Part shown: piece after piece, positions 33,961 to 47,000 of the stretch
Numbering within the stretch: position 1 is the first letter of the stretch
How the letters are laid out: each line of letters opens with the position of its first letter
Assembly: GCA_964199315.1 (NCBI GenBank)
Contig: OZ116707.1
Span: 26,040,001 to 26,104,000 of the forward strand
Direction of reading: 5' to 3'
Length of the DNA: 64,000 bases
Origin: Orbicella franksi
Taxonomy: Eukaryota
Program-made: the position numbers and the translations under genes
The notes under the pieces: model-generated
What the model saw: the letters and a program-made list of their open reading frames with translations, nothing else
Database searches by the model: none
What the model was told of the DNA's origin: nothing

Positions 33961-36614
33961 ATGGAGCTGATGACAGTATTACGATTGGTAAGTGACGCCG
34001 GTGGTGATAAAATTAGCCAGCTATATCAGGTGAAACTCGTTTTCCGCTGTGAGTTGTGTCAATTCAAGTCTTTTTACACCTCTTTTAACGAGGTATATCT
34101 AGAAGCCATGAGTTTCAACCGGGAGAGCATGAAGGGTATTTTCAAAGTTATCCCTTTCAAGTTAGTTCCAAGGCTGCCAATTTGGAAGATGAGACTCATG
34201 GACGGCTATTAGTGGTTTAAAGTCAATTCTTATCGAAAGGAAACATATCTAGCAACAATAATTTCATTCAAGTGGCAATGAAGGGTAAGAGAGAGAATTA
34301 AGGGCCGAGACAGTTGAGCCATCTCATGTAGGCCAGGTAACCAGTTCCCCGCAGATGTTACCACGCGCGTTACGTGGATGTTTCCATGAAGGATGAAAAT
34401 GCATTTCAAGCCGCTTACGTTGTCCACGCGAGAAAATTCGTGTGTCAGGATTGTCTATTTAATTCTATATCCTTCGAGAATTCCAAAACCGGGAGCGATC
34501 TAATCTAAACCTAGAAGATTACCTTGAAAATAAGGCTATATGCAGGAACGACTCCCTGAAACTTCACCTCTCTTGTTTCAGTACATTGACATTCCTTACT
34601 GCGTTCTCACTGACCGACTGACCGTCTGTCGGAGTGGCTGGCTGACTGACTGGCTGACTGACTGGCTGACTGACTGGCTGAGTGACTAACTGACTGACTG
34701 ACTGACTGACGGTCTAACCGATTGACTAACTGACTGACTCTGTCATTGGCTGATCGACGGACCCACGGACCCACGGAACGACCGACCGACTGACTGACTG
34801 ACTGACCTATTGACCAGCTGTTTGGCAGGCTGGCTGGCTGTCTAACGTAGCGCTCCTTCACATTTCAGCTCGCTTTCTCCGCTGTAGTTACTTTAACAAC
34901 TGCCAGGCCAAGAGTTCATTGGAATCCAGAATATGGCTATGATGTGGATTACAAAAGATACAAGGAGAGAGGTAAAGAGCAGGCCTCAAAATCAAAACCG
35001 TACTAATCACTCTGGCCAATCAATCAGCAAACGTGTATACTTTCGACACACAAGACTAAACCGCTTTCATCGAGAGGACCTCGTGACTAATGGTAGAAGA
35101 AATTGAACTAACTTTGTCTAAAAATGGTCTCGTTATCCTCGTTTAAATTACAAATCGGTCACCTACAGTATGGTCTTAACTGTTAATTATAGACCATGGT
35201 CAAACTAAAGTGGAACCATGAGCGGCGGGCAAGACGTTTAACTGCAAAGTTTTGGACATCTTACGACGCCATTTCTATGCTTTATAGACTGTAGACCAGG
35301 AGAAAATATGGTCCATTAGCTTTTTTTATGGTAACACTGAAAATTTACTGGCAAATTAGAAGGGTAATCAATGTGAAAACGAGTGCGTGTGACAGTTAAA
35401 AAGATCACTACTGTACTTGAAGCAGACAAGTTCCTCGAAAATTTCTATCCACGACTCTGCGGTTTAAGTCTATTAGAAGGACCAAGACAATTTCTCAAAA
35501 TTAGCTCCAAATTTTTTTTTAAACTTTGCCAAAAGTTGCGTCTTATCATGCTTATTAAAATGTGATAAAATAGAAAAAAAAATCACCGTGCCGTTTTTGA
35601 ATTTTAAGCCTCTAAAGCTGTAATTGAGGGTGTTTTTAGCAGGTCATACTGTTGCTATGGTAACCTATTGTGTCACGAAAATGATAAAAACGTGTTCAAC
35701 AATGATTGGTCAGTTTTTTTGATACCATGATTGTAGCATCAAGTGATAAAGAGTGGTTGTAGCGACCCGCCAAAATCTAAGTGCTGGAAAGTGTTTTACG
35801 CCACCTTAATTTGTTGTTGCTTTCGATAGACAAACTTTATAAGTCAGACGGAGAGCAAGGTCATGACGATAGCAGCATTACAGGCCAAACAAACCGCGCA
35901 TTGTACCAGACGGATAACAAATGGGACGACAATTATAGGCTACTAGATGAATTAGGTAATCTTAAAGTTACGACTTGTTTATTTCGCGTCTCTCTTTTGT
36001 TCGTTCTTTTCATGTTACCATTTTCCCCGCTAGATAAACTCTATACGTCAGACCGTGAACAAGTTTTTGATGACAGAAACATCAGAGACCAAGCAAACCG
36101 GGCATTGTACCAGACAGAGGACGAGTGGAACGATATTGAGAGTGTGCTCGATGAGTTAGGTAATATGACCTTTTCTAATTGTATTAAGACAACGACTGAA
36201 AAGACGTGTCGTGGAATATTTATCTTTAGAATTATCGCTGCTTAGAGAGTTGACTGGAATCAATCTTAATAACTGTTGTTTTTTACTTTGCTCTTTGTTC
36301 TGGTAATTACAGAAGCAGCACTAAGGAGTGATGAAACTACGGAGTCACCAGCCACTGGTGAACCTTATGGATCGCCTGTAATGGACAAACCGTCTGAGTC
36401 ATCTGAATCACCTACCACTGAAGAATCTTCTGGATCAGGTGAATCACGTGCACCTGCCACTGAACAGCCTTCTGGATCAGCTGAATCACCTACGACTGAA
36501 GAACCTTCTAGATCAGCTAAATCACCTTCTACTGAAGAGCCTCCTGGATCAGCTGAATTACCAACTATTGAGGAATCGTCTGGATCAGCTGAATCACGAG
36601 CCACTGAGGAATAA
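33961..36614 (+). CDS. Uncharacterised secreted acidic repeat protein, 5 coding exons, 227 aa
   Basis: Exons 33961-33987, 34869-34971, 35830-35955, 36034-36159, 36313-36614; all introns GT-AG, phases 0,1,1,1, open frame throughout. The N-terminus MELMTVLRLLAFSAVVTLTTA looks like a signal peptide. Exons 3 and 4 are homologous 126-nt duplicates and the tail has 12-aa repeats. Confidence 0.8.
34608..34845. repeat. Degenerate (CTGA/CTGG/CCGA)n tetranucleotide microsatellite in intron 1 of the secreted-protein gene
   Basis: Read directly from the sequence. Confidence 0.95.
36390..36610 (+). repeat. Coding 36-bp tandem repeat (SGSAESPTTEEP-like), about 5-6 units
   Basis: TCTGGATCAGCTGAATCACCTACGACTGAAGAACCT and variants. 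Confidence 0.9.
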
Positions 36615-36839
36615 TTTCACCATCGCAGATAAAAGTTGTTTCAATATCTACATTATTCCCGATATCTGTGATAAATTAAAATTGTAGTTTCGTGTTTTTA
36701 GTCGTGCATCGATCGTTTTGTAGATGGAAGTGGGAACTAAACAGAATTATTTTTAGTGGGTGACAGTAGCCAAATCAGACAATACTTTATTACCTACCTC
36801 CCTCAAAGTCGGTGTTATCAAGTTCCTCTGGTTAGAAGT

Positions 36840-36950
36840 TCCGTTTTCGGTGGACAATTTCTCCAGATTATATTAGTGTGGAGGTTAGGCCTAACCGTAG
36901 AAATAAAGCCACGTTCTCGAATTTCTCCGGCGTAGTGTGGGCAGGAATTA
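36840..36950. mobile_element. Partial (right-end) copy of the MITE family at 43168-43547
   Basis: TTAGTGTGGAGGTTAGGCCTAACCGTAGAAATAAAG...TTTCTCCGGCGTAGTGTGG matches 43465-43540. Confidence 0.7.
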
Positions 36951-38599
36951 AAATGCTTCGTTAAACTTCCCAACTGAAATGAAGTTTTCTATTGGATGGA
37001 AAGATACTACATGAGCCGCCTGGAACTGTATAACTCTCTAGGGCAAGCAAAACTCACTGACTCCCTCGAGCAACAGCAGTGCTAACTTGCACATGATCAG
37101 GTTGTGTGCCTTGAAAACATGGCACGTGTACTCAAAAGCAAAGGTTTATTTTTTATTTTGTTCTTATTCGGTTATTCGGAAGTCAACTAGTTACACGTTC
37201 ACCAAAAATACTTGCGTACTCAAAGAAAGATCTGTCAGTAATTCTAAACCTCAAAGCGTTGTTGAGCTGTCTTGAAAGTTTCAGTAATAAATTCATATCG
37301 GTTTCAGCGGTAGACACATTTTATTTCGGACAATAGTAGGCAACAGAGTGTTTATTATCAGTTGGGATCTAACAAAACGCTAACTGTCGCCACGGGAAAC
37401 AGTGAGTTTTGTTTCGTTTCTCTACCACGGAGGGTGTTGGGGAACAAATTTGTATTACGGGGTGGCCATTGATTGCGGTCCCTTTTTGGGTCAAGAGGGC
37501 TGGATATTAGCCAAGTTCTTTGCTCGTTGAGGCCAGGAAATCGCACAAGCTTCGTCGTAGAGAACATCGCAAGGACGCAACAAGCAACTTTTTTCTGTCT
37601 TATGTAATTTACAACAAGTCAATAAACTGTTTAGAAACAACAAAAGAAAATAATTAGTAACTTAACTACAACCCCACAAATTTTAGCGTAACTTCAGCAC
37701 TATTCATAAATTTTCTTTTCATGAAGAAGTTCTTCTCATTCTCGATTAACCCGATAACTGAATATTTCTTCTTCATGCAGAAAATAGAAAGACAACATGC
37801 AAACGCTGCCTAAGTACACTTGTCCACTTTGATGTAAAAAAGACTCCAAACCAGTCTTTATCCATGGCATGCATTGGGTGAAGCATTAATTCAACATACA
37901 AACTACTCCTGACCTTATCAGTGCTTCTAGAGGTAAAAAATGTAATATCAGTTCAATAGCCAATGGCATTGTTATTGTATAGGAACATTAATTGCTTAAA
38001 GCTCAAAAAGTTAAACAGGAAATAGATGTTCATCTGCTCCATTCGAGGGTGATCATACAATCGCATATTGTGTCCACATTTCTTCCTTCCTCCAAGTTAC
38101 TGATAACAACCGACTAGCCCTCGAAAAACCCGAATCAAGTGTTTATTAATTCTTTTAGAATTTTGACTGCAGAAAACAAAAAAACAAAAAACAAAAAACA
38201 GAAACGACAGCCTGCAAACCCAGCTTGAAATACAGACACAGACCTCGGGGGGTCCATATAAGGACATATGAAGTCAGAAGCGCTGAGGCAGTACAGGCCC
38301 GGTCAGAAATCAACCACCCTATTCCGACACTCCATCCAGACTCATGCTTCCGGTGGATTGTCGCATGGTACTCATGATACCTGCGTGCTGTGTCCAACAG
38401 GATAGGTTTCCAACTTGCGAGCACGGAATGACTAGTCGACCTCTCGACTGCTACCACCGCTCTGGACGTGAAAGTAAAACAAGCACTAAGAGGAGCGCAC
38501 GAAACTCTCCACCCAGCTTTATAGGAATGCGTGATTGCCTTCTGCGATCATTCCGATTTCAAAATGGACGTTTTATTAGCTTGTTCTAGCACTGATCTC

Positions 38600-38835
38600 G
38601 GATTTTTCTAAGAAACCGGAGTCGTTACCTGTGTCCTTACTTACTTATCCTATCATTACCAGAATTGTCCTCAGCCGGGTTGCTCTCAGGACTGAAATAC
38701 TTTTCCGCATTCCATCTTACTGGATTTTTCTAAGAAACAAGTCGATACCTCTGTCCTTATTAACTCATCCTATGGTTACCAGAATTTTCCATAGTCGGGT
38801 TGCTCTCAGGAAAGACTTTGCCGCTCTCCATCCCA
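38600..38835. repeat. Diverged tandem duplication, period about 122 bp
   Basis: GGATTTTTCTAAGAAAC...TTACCAGAATT...CGGGTTGCTCTCAGGA starts at 38600 and at 38722. Confidence 0.85.
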
Positions 38836-41563
38836 TTGTCCGAGGCATTTCTCCGGCCAGAAATCACTTGAGTTTTTCTACAGTATGGATCATTATAAGC
38901 CACAACTGAACCAGGCTGATGACCAGCAGACTGCCGCGGTTGCGACACCGATATGCATGTCATGTACGTACTGCACAGTAATCGGCGCTTCAAGGACTAA
39001 TCTAGAGAAAAGTAGGTGTTTAGATTAGTAATTCACAAAGGAAAACTACGTTTAAACATTTTATAATTACATGCTGTCTTCGGTCTCTTCGTGTCTTATC
39101 ACAAAGAGTTTTATGAAAATTGAAGCTTATTTACGAAGAGTGTAAGGGTAAATATATGTGTATATGTGCGAGAGTCGCCTTCTTGGATAAAGTAACTGCT
39201 TTCCATACACTCGGTTTCTAACTCAAGCATTTTAATATAATTTTCAGATCATTGTTCCACGGTACTGGTGTTGAAGCTTTTCTAGGAAAATTAAACAACG
39301 AGTTTTTGCTGGTATTCTGAATTGTTGTGGAGCCCGAAAGTCACTGAGAGTTACTTTCTTAAGAGACTGCTTAGTCTTTGAAATATCATATGACCAAAAA
39401 ATCTTCAGAAATGCCATTAGAATAAAGTTCAATCTATTTGCTGATTATGTAGAATGAGAAATTCTTACTTACCTTTAAGAAGGCTTTTTCCACTGCCCTG
39501 CCTCTCTTATCTGTCTCCGCATACTTCAACATAGTGACTGTATCTAAATGTCTCACCGGTGAAGAAGGAATTAACGCGGATTGCATCGTTCAGCATCGAT
39601 TATTCTTTTGTCGGTTGCTACTAAAGATTACTACAGTACAGTTCTGAAATGTCCCAAGTGATGAGCATCACAGAGCCCAGTGATGCTGGAATCAAACCGT
39701 TAGAAGGAATGTTGCCACCTTGTGAAGCGAACTTTCAGTCTCAAAGCTTCAAGAAACTCAGGTTCACGTGAAATGAAATGCTCAATGTTTAAATAAAACT
39801 CGCTGTATCCTTTTAAAGCTTCGCTCGCATTGCTAAAAGTCAGCAAACCTGAGGGGAAGTGGATACAGCTCAAACTGAACTAAACATCGGTTGAAAAATT
39901 TGAAAGTGAAATTTGGCTAAGGTGCGCATGGACAAAGGAAACTGCGTCGTTAAGTTTGAAGTTCATTATTAAATGTGTGAATTTCTCGCGCATAGCAAGG
40001 AATTAATAATAAGTTTTGTAACGTATCAAATCAGCGCGTTTAAGTTTTCATTGCATCATTTACATAACAGGCAAAGCTGAGTATCACTTCAGAGACCACT
40101 GATTGCCTCTTAAATCCCTTGGCGTTAAACAGTTAAACAGTTAAACATACTGGTACATTTTTCATCTCGCTTTTGACCGCATTACGTTATGTTGACTTTA
40201 AAAACGCGGGAAAACGGGGCTTTGGATCCGTGGCGTTGCCACAAGTGTTAGACTCACGTGGTCGCGTACGAAGATACCGCGAAGCCACGAAAACAAATCG
40301 CTCTCATTCGGCCAAAGCGATTTGATGGACCATGAAACAAGGAGACAGACACTTTGTTAACTACGATTAAGCGGTTAAATCTGATTTGAATATTGAAACC
40401 ATTAATAATTTGAGAACCCTGACTTCCAACGGGTTTTCCAAAAGACTATTTTAAGACACGAGGTACATAAAAGTAATTTTTAATGCCATGATCCACGCAA
40501 AATACGATCAATCATAATCAGTGGGTGATCAAACACTCCCTAAACGCTTTCCTCATATCCTCGGAAATCGACGGACGTTGCCGACTTGACCATCCGTTCG
40601 GATGTCGTAACACCGAAGATCATGGTCCTTTGTTGATTATTCTGTCATTCAAGAGTCGTTATCCTTCGGTTTCCAAGAGTACTAAGAAGGCCGGAAACCT
40701 CTCAATGCATAATTGTCAAACCCACAAAAACTATTTTTAACTTAAAATACGATACTGTATAACATTTCAGAAATACCAACAATACTGTAAATCTTGGATA
40801 TAAATACACGAGTTGCGTTCAGAGGGTGCGCACGTTTGATTATTTTTGTTTCCTTGTAATTTAAATTAACTCCATATTTATTTATTGTTCGAGATAATTT
40901 GCCCGCGTAGGGCAAACTTGAAGCTAGTACCTGAGCCTCCGCTCCCTCAAACCAGCGGTCGAGACAAGAACCCATGTCATAGTATCAAGGCAGGAGTCAC
41001 AAAGTCAATGTGAACTCATATTAGCGCTAAAATTGGCAGAATATCCTTCTTAGATTGAGAAAAATTGAAACTGAACTAACTGGAGATAATATAATAGGGA
41101 GCTTAGGCAAACCACGGCGACGACGTCAACGAGAACATCGTAACCAAACAAACTTGTTGGATTAACCTTATCATAACTGTTAAGAGTCCACTGAGTGTTG
41201 CTAACTCCAGGGGCTTCTAATTCCCCCAAAAAATAACTCTTGCACGTCTTGCGTGCCTATGTTTCTGATCAGGTTACCGAGCCATCAACAAAAGAAAAAG
41301 GCGCTCGATCGCAACTTGCTCTTGCATTTTCAGAGCATACGATAATAAGAATAACACTTTTTTCTTTGACCTAGCCTGTATATTACTTAATTGCTTCCAT
41401 TCGTTTTAGTTTGTTTTGCTACAACTGATAGTTGGATTTTGTTTCACTACTCCATCGTTAATCTGCTAAGGAAGGAGATTTCCATCAAAGTGTCTGCATG
41501 TTCAAGAAATCGCGCAGTAAAAGATCTTGCAAATTGTTAGGCGGTACTCAAAAAAAAAAAATT

Positions 41564-41850
41564 GAGCCATTAAGAGAGCAGAAGACAAGGTAGAGATCGA
41601 CGTGGCTAGGTCACGTTCTTGGAATGGATCATCATTTACATCCACGAATCGCTCTCACATGGGTACCAGCAGCTAGCAGGAATCGGGGTCGACCGAGAGA
41701 GTCATGGAGGAAAACAGTGGAAAGGGAGCTTGAAGAGAAAGGACTAAAATCTTGGGACGAGGCGGCATCAACGGCAGAGGATAAGATAGTCTGGAAGTAG
41801 AGAGGCAACAGCCCAGTTCTTCATAGGAGAACGGAACAATGATGGTGATG
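41564..41850 (+). mobile_element. 5'-truncated RTE-clade LINE with a (GAT/GGT)n tail and TSD
   Basis: Translates as TWLGHVLGMDHHLHPRIALTWVPAASRNRGRPRESWRKTVERELEEKGLKSW with in-frame stops. Flanked by ACTC(A)nTT on both sides (41546-41563, 41851-41862). Confidence 0.88.
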
Positions 41851-43167
41851 ACTCAAAAAATTCCGCATAGAAACTCAATACCAACTGACTGATAAAAATG
41901 ACTGTGAGTAAATTGGTAGCGTAATCATACCTTTTTAGCGATAATCTTATCTGTGAAATTACGATACTTCTACTAATATTTTTAGATGAAAATATAGTCA
42001 ATATTTTGCATTTTAGTTTGCAAGTTTGTCAAGGCAAAATGTAACCAGTCTAGATGCCGGTCTAAATGGGAAATTCTAGACCGCAGTCAATATCGATTTC
42101 AGCCAATCACATTCGTGAAATTTGTAGTTCCCAGTCCTTGTCAGAAACAGCCATATAATAATATTGAATAGCGGCCAGGGAAAGCATTCAACTAATTAAA
42201 TCTACTTGGTTTACTTCTTCAACTGAGTCCCTTGACTATAACGCACAACAAAGTCGTAGTTGTGAATATAAATATAACGTTTTATTAAATTGGTTTTGTT
42301 TATTAGTAATTTATCTAATTCCATACATGTTCAGGAAATAAAATTCAAACCCCTATTTGGTCAAATACATGCTTATTATCCAACAGATATCTCTCTTTTT
42401 TGCTATAAATATCCCATAAGAGCAGCAGTACAATAAAAGCTAATAAAATATCTCCACAAAACTCTTAACTAAATATTACAATTTACCAATACAAAATACA
42501 CACAAAGTTTTCTCATTGTCGAAAACCGAAAAACATTTTTAAAACAAGTGGCACTGAAACGTTTGGCTAAACAAAGCGAACTCAGTCAACCATCATATGG
42601 AGCCATACTGGTTCTCAAACCGACGATGGAAAATTTTTGCATCAGAAAAGAAGTTTTCCCAGTGGAAGAAATTTCATTATATATTAAGTCAAATTATTCT
42701 CGCATTATGATTGGTTCTTACCTATGATCTATTGGAAGACAGACTCATAGATGACGTCATTGACACTGTTGTTTGTTTATTGGATGGCAACAGTAATATG
42801 GCTGCGTGAGGTAGTGACACCGTTCTTATAGGCATTTTTCAGAGTAGAACATGTTTCCTTTATTTCCTCATAAGCCAAGTTTATTTTTACTGACAAACAG
42901 AAAAATTCGAGAAGTTTAAAATGTTGTACCAAAGGCAATTGATTCATGTCACTCGTCTGGCAATTTTGATACGACACACGTTGAAGAGATACGATGGATT
43001 TTGTACGTGGTGTAAACTGCACAAGACTTGCCGCAAGGTTGTAACACTTTGAACACGATTGCCTTAAAATAACTTTTGCTTACTATCACTGTCAATGTCA
43101 ATGACATTGCTCTAGATACAGGAGCTAGTCATTTCAAGGTCTCTTAATCAGTTTTAAACTTCATTAA

Positions 43168-43547
43168 CGCCCCGTCCACACTACGCCGGAGGAATTTAAA
43201 AACGGAGGTTTCACTCTGAAAACGCATCAAATGTTTTCTGTCCACACTGCGCCGGAGGAAGTTAAAAAGCAACAATCACCGGTCATTTTAGATCTGTGTT
43301 TGAGGAAACCTCGGTCAGGGAAATCACATGATCATCGTGACGACATCGTTTTCGAAAAGCACCGTTTTCAAAATGTTTACCGTCCACGCAAAAACGTAAA
43401 GCCGGCGTTTTCGAATTCCTCCGGTTTGATGAGCGGTTTCGAAAAACTCCGTTTTCGTGACGGATTAGTGTGGACGGTAAGCGGTTGGCCTAACAGTAGA
43501 AATAAAATTGCGTTTCCAAATTTCTCTGGCGTAGTGTGGACGGCGCC
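43168..43547. mobile_element. MITE, Harbinger-like
   Basis: TIRs CGCCCCGTCCACACTACGCCGGAG ... CTCTGGCGTAGTGTGGACGGCGCC in a TTAA context. Confidence 0.85.
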
Positions 43548-44059
43548 TTAAATCAGTTAAACATTAAATGAAGCTCCTGTGTGTCTTTGTGTTTCGCGGA
43601 CAGATAACAACTAAACCTTTGTCCACGTCCATGTCTGTTTCCGTGGCGTATATCAAAGTTAAATATGTGAGGTTCGCCGTCTATTCCATGTCAGAGATAT
43701 TCCATTTCCGCGAGGGTATATTAACATTCCCGTTGGGTTTTTCTGTCATTGTGCTTTGTAAAATAATCTTCTCCGCCTTGGCTTGGTTGTAAGTTCGTTA
43801 AATTAGCAGAAGTCTACTGTTATATTATCTCTTTGTTTCGCTTTAGTTCTTTAGTGTCCTTGAATGTTCTTTAAATCATTCGTTAAATTGTCAGGTCGTT
43901 TCACTTGCTTGGTTTAGTCGCTTCGTTCCAAGTTTATTTACATTGAAATATCCCAATCCAAACGCCACTGGCGTGAACACAGAACTCCCTGGTCTCGCTA
44001 AAGAACTAATAATTAAATGACGAGTTTCTAACAAACCATCTTCCAAGCCTGGCGTACAG

Positions 44060-47000
44060 TCAATCACTGTCGCTCTCATCTTCCACGTTTTGCACAAAGA
44101 GCAATGCATTGGCTTCAATTCCGGCAGTTTCCAAAGTTTGGTCTTCATTTGATGAATCAAAAGCGTAGATTTTACGTGGAAAGTTTGAAACAAGGACGAA
44201 TTCAGCCGGTGACTCCTCATCGCAAAACACAAAGTCATACAAAGCCTATGGGGAATAACAATGAATCGTTATCTTCATTGATAAAATTTATACTGTTACT
44301 GTTATTGAATTTCTACATTTCCTATTGGATCTCTTCTTGTCTGTTATTAGTCACAGTGTATAACAGACTGCCGACCTTATCTGGTAAATAGATGTGCGAT
44401 TGTTTACATTTTGTTCGGCCCAACAAGTTTTCCATGTAAAATCATCAATTATGAGAACCATTTGCCATGAAAATATAATACGTCTTAACAAGTCGACAAG
44501 ACCAACAGGTCTCGAATTTAAAAAAAAAAAGAATTGAAAAAATTCTCACCTGCAAGGAATGCGACTTGAGAAATCTCCTCTCCAGCCGTTTGCCGTTGGG
44601 TAGTTTAATTAGTACACGGATTGAATTGGGATCAGAATTCTCCGGTTCTTCTGGAATTCTTAATTTTCTATCCAAGCGGTCCTGGGCTATAGACTTAAAA
44701 AAACAACTACGCATTACAGTGGAGCCTCACAATAGCGGTTAACATTCCACAAAGGCCAACGGATTTTTTTGTCCGAATATGTCAATCAACACCGTTTACT
44801 CCAAGCCACTTAGAAAAGAGTTAACCAATCAGAACGTTACTTAAGAACAAAAGATTGCGATCTCCTTCTCAAATAAACCAATAACATTGAAGAATTAGGA
44901 CGACACAAAACCGAAAACCCAACAAAGTGCGAAGTGTTGCGAACCTCTCAGTAAACTTTGGCATTTGTTGATTGGTTTATTTCAATCCTAAATTTTGTAC
45001 GCTTTTCAACGGTTTTGGTTTAGTTGTTGCTATATGAATTTTTAAGCTAAACTTTGCGAGCGAGATTTATAATTACGATAATTCGCCTTCAAGGACTGAA
45101 TGTCTAAAAGTGTATATAACACAGAGGAGTCGATAGTACTGATGTATTCACGTCAAACAGACCGTTGCTTGCTGTCACGAGAAGCTACCAGTCCATTTTT
45201 CTCAGTTTACGTTTTGATTGGTTAGTTTTTTCTAAGTGATCCGGTTAGAGTAATCGCACTGTAAACCTCCCTTCAACGTGGTCCAGCGTGGCTGTTGTGG
45301 AGAGTTTCGAAGTTCATTTGGCGAAATTGTCCATCTAAAAATTGTCCAGTACATCGAAATCTTGCACAATCTAACAAAGCTCTCATTACCTGTGCCCTGT
45401 CTCTTCGAGCTTCTTCTTTCTTTCGTTTAGTCTCTTCCTCCAGTCGCTTTTTGTCCTCTTCTTCACGTTTTCTTCTTTCCTGTGAAATTAAGATAAATTA
45501 AATCAACTTTGATTGCCTTATTACCAACGTAATATCAATATTAGCGGCTGCACGGAACGAAGTGATGTCAATTGCAAGTGAAAAGAAGTTGTACAAATAA
45601 CATTATAAATAAACCAGCAGCTCGCAAGCGATAAAAGCCATCAAAAGGCAAAAAAAGCTGTAGCGACTTACTTTCTCCTGGTCAGCTCTGACAGACTCGT
45701 AATAGGCCTCATCTTGTTCATCACGCAACTGTTGAGCTTGGGTACGTTCCTGCCTGTTGAAAACAAACAAAAAAAACATACTACATACAAAAATTTGCAA
45801 TGATTGTCTTTCCCTCTGTCATTCTATAGACTACAAATGGTTGAAGAGAGAGACATTACCGATCAATGCGGAAAAGCCAGTGCAGCCCCCCCCCCCCCCC
45901 CTCCCCCGCTTCTCCCCTCCTCCACGTCTTTTGTTTTGGAATAGGGGCCGTATTCGTGACTCTGACGGGGTTCTCAAAGGGTTTCCCATTCTTATTCTCT
46001 TATCAACAAAAGCAGATCATCGTCCATTGTCGTCAACACTGACATGTTGCTACGCAACCAGACAAATGACAAGCTCATTCGCATTTGACTACTTTTCATT
46101 TTTGTCGCCATTTCCCCGCCATTTTGACCAAGGCTTTTAGCATGCGACGAAATGCAGTGTTTTTTCACTGCGCTACGTCACGCAATCATCAATGCAGATA
46201 GCCGTACGTTACGTCACGCAGTCATTAGTGCAGAATAGCCGTGCTTTACTAACCTGTCCGCTCTGGCCACTACTAAGGCTGGCTCGTTATCTTCTATTAA
46301 ACGCGCTAAATGTGAAACATATCTATCAACATTCATCAATCCTGTACAAAAACAAAATCATACCATACGTGTAGGTACAAAGTTCTCAAATATTGTTGGG
46401 TCAATGTTAAGGTTTATGAATAGCACGAGAAGCTAGCTGTCACCAAAGCTTTCCGGGTCAACGATAGTTCGGTTTTCATGCTCCAATTTTTCGTATTTTT
46501 CTTATAAACAAAAAAACACCTGCATGGATCAATCTATCATGCCGAATTTAGAACGTGTGAAGAGTTTTATAAAAATCCGTCACAAAGTCATGAAAATATA
46601 CATGCAGGACCCCAAATTACAAAGAAAATATCTATACCAGGGGGCAAGCGTTGCCTGGCATAAATTTCTTCGTAAAAATTGACTACTAGTTTAACTTCCA
46701 TTATTTTTATGAGTTTGCAAAGGATTCTAATGAAACTTCTCATAAAAAAATCGTAAAAGCATGAAAAATTAGTAAAAAGTATTACGGTCAACCGGAAAAA
46801 ATGTACTCAGTTCATTCATACTAGTAATTTAAGCATCCATTTCTGTAAAGAGCATAACCTTTTCAGTTTCAATACTATATCAAAATCCTCTCTTATCCTG
46901 TCAGGGCGTCTATTTGAGTTCAACTAAGGCCAATGCATATTACCGCTAGAGAGAGACCCTTACATCACTATCACATAACTTAGTTTTTACAAGTGACAAC

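Noticed and set aside
35781-36245. 154-aa ORF read as a single exon
   Set aside because: It reads through an in-frame intron; the real coding parts are the two 126-nt exons.
40742-40975. MGSCL… ORF as a myristoylated microprotein
   Set aside because: Short, with weak splice support and no recognisable similarity.
46870-46985. Possible box C/D snoRNA in FAF2 intron 8
   Set aside because: The C box is imperfect, there is no terminal stem, and I found no convincing rRNA-complementary guide.
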